This document shows positions 9,052 through 15,265 of a stretch of 32,000 bases of DNA, piece after piece; positions within the stretch are counted from its first letter, which is position 1; each line of letters begins with the position of its first letter. The DNA is from Rhodobacter capsulatus SB 1003 (GTDB taxonomy: Bacteria > Pseudomonadota > Alphaproteobacteria > Rhodobacterales > Rhodobacteraceae). The position numbers were made by a program, and so were the translations under genes. Under the pieces are notes generated by a model, which saw only the letters and a list, made by a program, of their open reading frames with translations, had not been told where the DNA came from and did not search any database. The stretch is from NCBI RefSeq assembly GCF_000021865.1, contig NC_014035.1:100963-132962 (forward strand), given 5' to 3'.

Positions 9052-9360
9052 TCAGGCCGCGGCCAGCGCCTGTTGCAGGCGCAACAGCACGACGGCGGGG
9101 GTGGCGTTGTTGTCGTTGATCTCGATGCGGGCGTCGCAAAGCCCGGACTCGTCGAGGAATTTCTGCAAGACGCGGGTCCAGAGCGCGTCAAAGCCGGTGA
9201 CGGGGGTGACCACGGTCACCGCGACGCGGCCCGAAAGGTCTTCGGGATGCATCATGATTTCCAGATCGCTGGATCCGGTGACGCCCACATGCAGGCGGGC
9301 TTGGATCTTCGTCTTCGGCGCGGCGGCGGCCAGATCCAGGGTGAGAGTGTGCAAGGCCAT
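9052..9360 (-). CDS. madE: Malonate decarboxylase acyl carrier protein (MadE/MdcC, delta subunit)
   Basis: 102-aa CitD/MdcC-like protein with the prosthetic-group serine region GVTGSSDLEIMM. Confidence 0.85.
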   Translation of the reverse strand: MALHTLTLDLAAAAPKTKIQARLHVGVTGSSDLEIMMHPEDLSGRVAVTVVTPVTGFDALWTRVLQKFLDESGLCDARIEINDNNATPAVVLLRLQQALAAA

Positions 9361-9374
9361 GATTTTGCCTGTCT

Positions 9375-11048
9375 TTACCAGTTGCGGAAGCGGGCGGGCG
9401 GGTTGTAAAGGCCGCCGGACCAGGTCACGAGATCGCGCATGCTTTTCGCGGCCAGCAGGTCGCGGTTGGCACGGGCGGGGTTGATGCCCAGATCGGAGAC
9501 GGTCTTGACGATGCCCGCCTCGCGCAGGGCGCGGGTTTCTTCGGGTTTCGCGGCAAGGCCGATGTCGGTGAAGCCCGCGACGGCGCGGATGGCGGCCATG
9601 CGGGCCTCCATGTCCTTGCAGCGGTTCAGGTAGGCGATGCCTTCCTCGGTGACGATATGGGTCAGGTCGTCGCCGTAGATCATCACCGGCGGGATCGGCA
9701 GATCGGCATCCCGCGCCAGTTTCCAGGCGTCAAGTTCGTCGACAAAGACCGGGGCACGGCCCTCGCCGAAGGTTTCAACCCCTTGCACCACAAGGCGTTT
9801 GCCGCGCGGCAGATTGCCGATGTCACGCTCGAGCGAGGGCAGTTCCTGGCCGCATTTCAGCCAGGCGTCGGTCGGGTGGCGCCGCCCCTTGGCATCGCAG
9901 CCCATGTTCGGCGCGCCGCCGAAGCCGGCCACCCGGCCCGCCGTCGCGGTCGAGGAGTTGCCGTATTTGTCGATCTGCAGCGTGCCGCCGATGAACATGT
10001 CGATGGCGTAATGCCCCGCCGTCTGGGCAAAGGCCCGGTTCGAGCGCAGCGAGCCGTCCGGCCCCACGAAGAACACGTCCGGCCGCGAGGCGACGTAATC
10101 TTCCATGCCCAACTCACCGCCGAAGCAATGGATCGTGTCGACCCAGCCTTCCTCGATCGCCGGGATCATGGTCGGATGCGGGTTCAAGATCATATGCGTG
10201 CAGCATTTGCCCTTGAGCCCCAGTTCCAGACCATAGGTCGGCAGGATCAGTTCAATGGCCGAGGTCAAAAAGCCGATGCCGTGGTTCATCGAGCTGACGC
10301 CATATTCGGCATAGATCCCCTTCAGGCACATCATCGCCAAAAGGATCTGGCTGTCGGTCACCAGCGCCGGATCGCGGGTGAAAAGCGGCTCGATGAAGAA
10401 CGGCTTCGGCGATTGGATCACCGCATCCACCCAGTCGCCCGGAATATCGACGCGCGGCAGTTCGTCAACGATTTCATTGACCTGCGCGATGACGATGCCT
10501 TCGCGGAACTTTGTCGCCTCGACGATGGCGGGGGTGTCTTCGGTGTTGAAGCCGGTGTAAAGGTTGCCCTTGCGGTCAGCCTTGTAGGCGCAGACGAGCG
10601 AGACCCGCGGCGTCAGGTCCAGGAAGTAGCGGCCGAAAAGTTCCAGATAGGTGTGGATCGCGCCCAGCTCGATCTTGCCATTGGCGATGAATTTCGCCAC
10701 CCGCCCGGCTTGCGGCCCGCCAAAGGCGAAGTCGAGTTTCTTGGCGATGCCGTTTTCAAAGAGATCCAGATGCGCGGGCAGCGGCACCGCCGATTGCACC
10801 ATGTGCAGGTCATGGATCTTGCCGCGGTCAACCTTGTTCAGGCATTCGGCCAGGAAGTCGGCCTGTTTCTGGTTGTTGCCTTCGATGTTGATGATGTCGA
10901 AGGGGCGGATCACCGCTTCCAGAAGCGCCACCGTATCCTTGGCGAGCACTTCCTTGCCCTTGACATAGAGGGGCGCTGCCGCCTCCTTGCGCGCGGCGGT
11001 ATCTTCCGCCCGCTTGCGCCAGCTGTTGCGCTTGTCTTGCTGCGTCAT
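9375..11048 (-). CDS. madA: Malonate decarboxylase alpha subunit (acetyl-S-ACP:malonate ACP transferase, MadA/MdcA)
   Basis: 557-aa protein with the length and sequence of the MdcA family, flanked by the other mad genes. Confidence 0.93.
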   Translation of the reverse strand: MTQQDKRNSWRKRAEDTAARKEAAAPLYVKGKEVLAKDTVALLEAVIRPFDIINIEGNNQKQADFLAECLNKVDRGKIHDLHMVQSAVPLPAHLDLFENGIAKKLDFAFGGPQAGRVAKFIANGKIELGAIHTYLELFGRYFLDLTPRVSLVCAYKADRKGNLYTGFNTEDTPAIVEATKFREGIVIAQVNEIVDELPRVDIPGDWVDAVIQSPKPFFIEPLFTRDPALVTDSQILLAMMCLKGIYAEYGVSSMNHGIGFLTSAIELILPTYGLELGLKGKCCTHMILNPHPTMIPAIEEGWVDTIHCFGGELGMEDYVASRPDVFFVGPDGSLRSNRAFAQTAGHYAIDMFIGGTLQIDKYGNSSTATAGRVAGFGGAPNMGCDAKGRRHPTDAWLKCGQELPSLERDIGNLPRGKRLVVQGVETFGEGRAPVFVDELDAWKLARDADLPIPPVMIYGDDLTHIVTEEGIAYLNRCKDMEARMAAIRAVAGFTDIGLAAKPEETRALREAGIVKTVSDLGINPARANRDLLAAKSMRDLVTWSGGLYNPPARFRNW

Positions 11049-11078
11049 TTGCTTTCGTCTTCCTCCTTCAGAGGGTTT

Positions 11079-11909
11079 TCAAAGGGTTGCCTGCGTCGCG
11101 GCGAGGGGGATCTCGCCGAAGATGACGCTGTGAAGGGTGCCGTCGGCGGTGCGCAGACAGAGCGCGCCATCCGGGCCAAGCGCCTCGGCGATGCCCTGAC
11201 GGGGGGCTTGCGGGGCGGAAAGGGTGACGGGCTGGCCCAGCGTGCAGGAGCGCACCGACCAGGCATGCCGGGCGGGCTCGAAGCCGAGGCGTTCCCATTC
11301 GGTCAGCCGGTGGTCGAGCCGTTCGACCAGCGCCGCGAAAAGATCGAAGCGGTCGACCTTGCGGCCGGTTTCGGCGCTGATCGAGGTGGCGATGGCTTGC
11401 AGCTCCGGCGGGAAATCCGTGCGGTTCTGGGCGATGTTGATGCCGATGCCCGCGATGATGTGATCCAGATCGCCTTCGGGGGTCAGCACCAGTTCGCACA
11501 GGATGCCCGAAAGCTTGCGGCCCGCGACCATCAGGTCGTTCGGCCATTTGATTTGCGGCGCAAGGCCCGTGCTGCGGGTGATGGCCTCGGCCGCGGCGAC
11601 GGCGATGACAAGCGTCACCTGCGCCAGATCGGCCAGAGGGCGGGAGGGACGCAGAAGCACCGAGGCGAGCAGGCTTTCCCCGGGACGCGAAACCCAGGGT
11701 CGGTCGTATTTGCCCCGTCCGGCCGTCTGATGATCGGCCAGAACGATGGTGCCCGTGGGCGCGCCCCTCCGCGCCAGACCGGCCAGGAAGCTGTTTGTGG
11801 AGGACAGAACGGGCCGGTGGTGGACCGCGCAGCCGATCCCGGTCCGACGCCGGACGGGAAGGGCAAGCGTCGGGAGGTTCGGGAGAAGATCGGGATGGTG
11901 CGCGGTCAT
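11079..11909 (-). CDS. birA: Biotin--protein ligase (class I BPL, no N-terminal HTH)
   Basis: Motifs HQTAGRGKYDRPW (GRGRxGRxW type) and IKWPNDL. 276 aa with no DNA-binding domain. It is embedded between madB and madA. Confidence 0.85.
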   Translation of the reverse strand: MTAHHPDLLPNLPTLALPVRRRTGIGCAVHHRPVLSSTNSFLAGLARRGAPTGTIVLADHQTAGRGKYDRPWVSRPGESLLASVLLRPSRPLADLAQVTLVIAVAAAEAITRSTGLAPQIKWPNDLMVAGRKLSGILCELVLTPEGDLDHIIAGIGINIAQNRTDFPPELQAIATSISAETGRKVDRFDLFAALVERLDHRLTEWERLGFEPARHAWSVRSCTLGQPVTLSAPQAPRQGIAEALGPDGALCLRTADGTLHSVIFGEIPLAATQATL

Positions 11910-11944
11910 GGGTTTGCTCCTGTGAGCGGGTCAGGGACGGTCGG

Positions 11945-13153
11945 TCAGTTGACCAGACCGATGGTCGAGGCGAAGACACCGACGGCGATGGCCGAGACGA
12001 TGACCCCGCAGATCGAGGCGCCCATGGCGAGCGGCATGATCATGGCGTGGGGGTTGGCTTCGAAGGCTTCCTTCTGGGCGATCTTCGCGGTCGAGGGCAT
12101 GCAGGAGACGCCGGCGATACCGATGACGGGGTTGTAATTGCCCTTCGACAGTTTCCAGACCAGATAGCCGCCGCCGATGCCGCCAAGCGCCGAGACGGCC
12201 AGCGCGGTGATGCCAAGGATCAGCAGCAGCGCGACTTGCGGATCAAGCAGGGTTCCGGCTTCGCACAGCGTCCCCAGCACCAGGCCCAGAAGCAGGGTCG
12301 AGGCGTAAGTGACGGTGTTTTCAAGGAACTTCTGGTAGGGCTCGATTTCCGCTTCCTTGATCGCGACGCCGAGGAAGAACGACAGGATCAGCGGCGTGGC
12401 GACGGGCAGCAGCAGGCACAGCAGACCGGCGGCAACCACGGTGAAGATGAATTTCGCCTGCGGCGTGACATCGGGGAAGTCGTAATCGACTTCGATGGCG
12501 CGGTGCTCTTCCTTGATCAGCCAGCGCACCAGATAGGGGTAGCCCGCATAGGTCAGCGACAGATAAAGATAGGCGATGATCGAGATCGGCACGAAGAGGT
12601 TCTTCGCCATCATCAGCGAGCCAAAGAGCACCATCGGACCATCGGCGCCGCCGATCGTGCCCACGGCCGCGGCTTCACCGGGCGTCAGGCCGCAATAGTA
12701 ACCGATCACCAGCGTCACGAAGGTGCCCAGTTCCGCGCAGACCGCGACCGCGATCGAGGCCCAGGGCCGGGCGAGGATGAAGGAAATGTCCGCCATCGTG
12801 CCGATGCCCATGAAGAGCATGCAGGCCACCAGCGAGTTGACGAAGGTGAAGTTGTAGATCGGCTGCAGGAAGTTGATCTGCATGATGTCCATGAGCGCAT
12901 TCGTCTCGGATACCAGGGGCGAGATCACCAGCGTGCCGACCTGGCCGCCTTCCAGGATCATCACGCCGGCGTTGACCGCCATCATGCCAAGGCCCATCGG
13001 CACCATGATCAGCGGTTCCAGCGTGCGCTTGAAGCCCAGATAGGCCAGCAGGAAACCAAGCCCGATGAACGCCAGACGGGCGAAGGAAATCAGCGGGTCC
13101 TGGATGAAGAGTGTCCCGATACCGGGAAAGATGTTGAACAGGGTCTCAAGCAT
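11945..13153 (-). CDS. madB: Na+-translocating decarboxylase beta subunit (OadB/MmdB family), MadB
   Basis: 402-aa polytopic membrane protein with OadB-family sequence throughout (MLETLF...LEPLIMVPMGLGMM...). Confidence 0.9.
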   Translation of the reverse strand: MLETLFNIFPGIGTLFIQDPLISFARLAFIGLGFLLAYLGFKRTLEPLIMVPMGLGMMAVNAGVMILEGGQVGTLVISPLVSETNALMDIMQINFLQPIYNFTFVNSLVACMLFMGIGTMADISFILARPWASIAVAVCAELGTFVTLVIGYYCGLTPGEAAAVGTIGGADGPMVLFGSLMMAKNLFVPISIIAYLYLSLTYAGYPYLVRWLIKEEHRAIEVDYDFPDVTPQAKFIFTVVAAGLLCLLLPVATPLILSFFLGVAIKEAEIEPYQKFLENTVTYASTLLLGLVLGTLCEAGTLLDPQVALLLILGITALAVSALGGIGGGYLVWKLSKGNYNPVIGIAGVSCMPSTAKIAQKEAFEANPHAMIMPLAMGASICGVIVSAIAVGVFASTIGLVN

Positions 13154-13162
13154 TTGAGCGCC

Positions 13163-13279
13163 TCAGGATGCGTTGGGAGAGGAGAGGAGTTTCGAGATGC
13201 CGACGATCACGCCGATCACCGCAAAGGAGATCGCGGCGGTGATCAGGTAGCTGAAGGCGGCATAGGTGATGATGTTCAT
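13163..13279 (-). CDS. 38-aa single-TM hydrophobic peptide (possible OadG-like accessory subunit)
   Basis: MNIITYAAFSYLITAAISFAVIGVIVGISKLLSSPNAS. Its ATG at 13279 is preceded by GAGG and starts 7 nt after the madG stop; its own stop lies 9 nt before the madB start. Its position immediately upstream of the beta subunit mirrors oadG-oadA-oadB logic. Confidence 0.45.
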   Translation of the reverse strand: MNIITYAAFSYLITAAISFAVIGVIVGISKLLSSPNAS

Positions 13280-13286
13280 GGATGCC

Positions 13287-14243
13287 TCAGGGGTTGCAGG
13301 GGGCGAAGGGCAGGGCCTCCGCGGGGAAGATCGGGGGCAGCTCGCCCCCGGAAAGCGCATCGACGCCAAGGGTCACGGCCAGAAGATCGGCCGCGCCGCC
13401 GGGGCTGATGTGTCGTTCGATGAACCGCGCATCGAGCGCGTGGATCGCCGCCAGCCCGTCGCCGGTCAGCGCGCCGCCAAGGGCGAGGATCTTGCGGGCC
13501 TCGGTCCGCATGAAGCTCAGCGCCGCGGGACCGCCGCGCCACAGCACGGTGGTGTCCTCGGTCTCGGCCATCAGCGCGATCAGCGTGTGGCACAGGCTGG
13601 TGGCCAGCGTCGCGCCGCTGGCGCGGGCGGCGCGCAGGGCGGGCAGGCCGTGGTTGCGCACGGTCGGATAGCCCGCCTCGGCCTCGCCGCGGATGCCAAG
13701 GACACCGTATTGACGAAACAGTTTCTCGCCCGCGGTTTCGGCCTCGCGGTGCAATCCGGCGCGCAATTCGCGGTCGCAGATCCCGGCGACCATCGCCGCG
13801 GCGGTGTCGAACAGCGCCGCCTCGGTCAGGTCGTCCCTGCGGGCGGCCAGCCCCGCCGCCGCCGCCAGCACGCCCGCCGAAAACAGCAGCCCGCGCTGGG
13901 TGTTGACGCCGCGCGTCGCGGCCAGAAGCCGGGCCTCGTAGATCTCGCCGATGGCGCGCACCCGGGGCAGCAGCGTCAGGGCCGGGCCGGCATGGTCAAG
14001 CCCGGCCTCCGCGCATTGGTAAAGACAGGGCGCAATCACCGCCGAAGAGACCATGAAGGTCTGCAGGTTCATGTCCCGATGCGCGCCGTTCGAGCGCGGC
14101 GTCACCAGACCGGGTTTGGGATGGGTGGAGATTTCCAGCAGCGCCCCGGTCAGGAAAGCCGATCCGATCGACCAGGCGCTGGTTTGCGGTGACAAGGCAA
14201 TGTCGCTGAACCAGTCCAGCGGCCTGCGCAACGCGTATTTCAT
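13287..14243 (-). CDS. madG: Triphosphoribosyl-dephospho-CoA synthase (MadG/MdcB, CitG family)
   Basis: CitG/MdcB core motif THPKPGLVTPRSNGAHRDM. ATG at 14243; the ORF is open to a TTG at 14261. Confidence 0.9.
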   Translation of the reverse strand: MKYALRRPLDWFSDIALSPQTSAWSIGSAFLTGALLEISTHPKPGLVTPRSNGAHRDMNLQTFMVSSAVIAPCLYQCAEAGLDHAGPALTLLPRVRAIGEIYEARLLAATRGVNTQRGLLFSAGVLAAAAGLAARRDDLTEAALFDTAAAMVAGICDRELRAGLHREAETAGEKLFRQYGVLGIRGEAEAGYPTVRNHGLPALRAARASGATLATSLCHTLIALMAETEDTTVLWRGGPAALSFMRTEARKILALGGALTGDGLAAIHALDARFIERHISPGGAADLLAVTLGVDALSGGELPPIFPAEALPFAPCNP

Positions 14244-14284
14244 GGGTTTCGTCCCGCGCAACTGACGGCAGCGCGGCGCTTCGT

Positions 14285-14299
14285 GAACGCCAGGCGTTC
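14285..14299. promoter_or_regulatory. 15-nt perfect palindrome GAACGCC-A-GGCGTTC about 40 nt upstream of the madG start
   Basis: Read directly from the sequence. It could be a protein-binding dyad or a small RNA hairpin next to the RBS. Confidence 0.3.
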
Positions 14300-14422
14300 C
14301 ACGGCCAATGCAGGGATTACCTCTGGTCGGGGAAACCGTCAGACATGCGCCACACCGATGTCACTTGCTCACGCGGCGCTTTGGGTTCGTCAGCCGTCGC
14401 AGCCCCACGCGGGCAGACGGCT

Positions 14423-14486
14423 CATCACGGGATCACGGCCCTGTCGGGCAGCTTCGCCTCACGTCCTTGTGATCGTTCGTGATCCG
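14423..14486. repeat. Four GATCAC-type hexamers arranged as two tandem pairs in inverted orientation
   Basis: CATCACGGGATCACGG (14423-14438) and GTGATCGTTCGTGATCCG (14469-14486). They can form two 6-bp helices (GATCAC:GTGATC and ATCACG:CGTGAT) around a ~32-nt loop. Confidence 0.7.
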
Positions 14487-14563
14487 AAGCATGGCAGCAT
14501 CGTTACGCCTGTCGCCCGGGCTTGTCCAGAAATCGTTTTCAGGGCGCAAGAGGCTGCGTCAAA

Positions 14564-14640
14564 GCGCCGCAGTTTTGCAGCTATTCATGGCAAAATCAAT
14601 GACTTGGCAAAAATGGAGCCAGCTTTGCAACAGCGGCGCG
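14564..14640 (-). promoter_or_regulatory. AT-rich core of the mad leader with nested dyads; candidate promoter/operator
   Basis: This is the only AT-rich stretch in the ~500-nt intergenic region. It is bracketed by GCGCCGC (14564-70) and GCGGCGC (14633-39). Inside are TTTTGC-N11-GCAAAA (14573-14595), GCAAA-N12-TTTGC (14607-14628) and two direct TGGCAAAA copies. Confidence 0.35.
14606..14621 (-). promoter_or_regulatory. Sigma-54-like -24/-12 element TGGCTC-N5-TTGCC facing the mad operon
   Basis: The minus strand reads TGGCTCCATTTTTGCC. The GG and GC dinucleotides are at the consensus spacing of TGGCAC-N5-TTGC. No enhancer-binding protein gene is present in the window. Confidence 0.2.
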
Positions 14641-14743
14641 CGGGAATTGGCCCGCGGCTTGCGGCTCGCGTTTTCGTCAACGGCGACAGGCGATTGCGGC
14701 GCGGCGGCAGGCCGGGCGGCAATCGCCATGCAGCCATGGAAGT

Positions 14744-15160
14744 CTAGATATGCATCACCCCGAAGCCGATGCGTTCGTGGTTCGTCGTGGGATGAAAGGC
14801 CGATTCGCCATGCGCGGCGACGGCGACCCAGTGCCCGTCCGAGACCAGCGCCACCTTGAGCTTGAGGTTCGATTCCGCCACCACCGTCGCCGAGACCCCC
14901 TGCAGGCATTCCAGCCCGGCGTGAATCACCCCGTGCACGGCGCCCGGGCGGTTGTGGATCACCCCGCCGTTCAGCGCACAGGCGACGATCGACTTGACGA
15001 AGCCCTTTTCGATTTCGGACCGCCGCCCGGTGACATAGGTGATCCCCACCTTCCAGGTCGGATGGGCCAGGATCTGCTCCTTGATCAGGTCTTCCTCTTC
15101 GCGGCTGCTGATGGCGGCCATGATGGCGGCCTTGCCGATTCTGTCTGCTGTGACTTGCAT
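14744..15160 (-). CDS. HutP-family protein
   Basis: The 138-aa protein aligns end to end with Bacillus subtilis HutP as I recall it: RIG near the N-terminus, WKV, GVI, HGVIHAGLECLQGV versus HALYHATMEALHGV, WVAV versus WIAV, and the C-terminal HERIGFGVMHI versus HETFGVGINHI. Confidence 0.8.
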   Translation of the reverse strand: MQVTADRIGKAAIMAAISSREEEDLIKEQILAHPTWKVGITYVTGRRSEIEKGFVKSIVACALNGGVIHNRPGAVHGVIHAGLECLQGVSATVVAESNLKLKVALVSDGHWVAVAAHGESAFHPTTNHERIGFGVMHI

Positions 15161-15180
15161 GTTCGTTCCGATCCGACCCG

Positions 15181-15264
15181 TTTCACCGCGTTCATAGCGG
15201 CGCGACAGGGGCGGCTCAATCGCGATGATCGCGGCCCGCGCGGCGGCGCGGTGAAAGCCGCCCC
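15181..15264. repeat. Two perfect, mutually crossing inverted repeats in the PAS-hutP-like intergenic region
   Basis: TTTCACCGCG (15181-90) pairs with CGCGGTGAAA (15247-56). GGGGCGGCT (15208-16) pairs with AGCCGCCCC (15256-64). The order A,B,A',B' means a pseudoknot or alternative structures. The region begins 1 nt after the PAS gene stop. Confidence 0.65.
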
Positions 15265-15265
15265 G

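Noticed and set aside
9657-12137. 826-aa plus-strand ORF
   Set aside because: It is antisense to madA, the BPL gene and madB, all of which have clear family-level sequence. The translation is low-complexity Arg/Asp/Gly/Ala.
14506-14692. 10-nt perfect long-range complement, CGCCTGTCGC (14506-15) with GCGACAGGCG (14683-92)
   Set aside because: In a GC-rich 500-nt region, one such match is roughly what chance would give. It is not reported as a structure without covariation support.
14283-14859. 154-aa and 126-aa plus-strand ORFs in the mad leader
   Set aside because: Arg/Ala/Gly-rich composition, no RBS, no recognisable motif, and opposite in direction to all neighbouring genes. I treated them as non-coding.
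14244-15265. Canonical HutP RNA site (three UAG/NAG triplets spaced by 4 nt, in two sets)
   Set aside because: I read the minus-strand RNA of both intergenic regions. I found only isolated UAGs: the hutP-like stop codon and one at 14582-14584. No periodic NAG array is present. If the protein binds RNA, its site differs from the Bacillus one.
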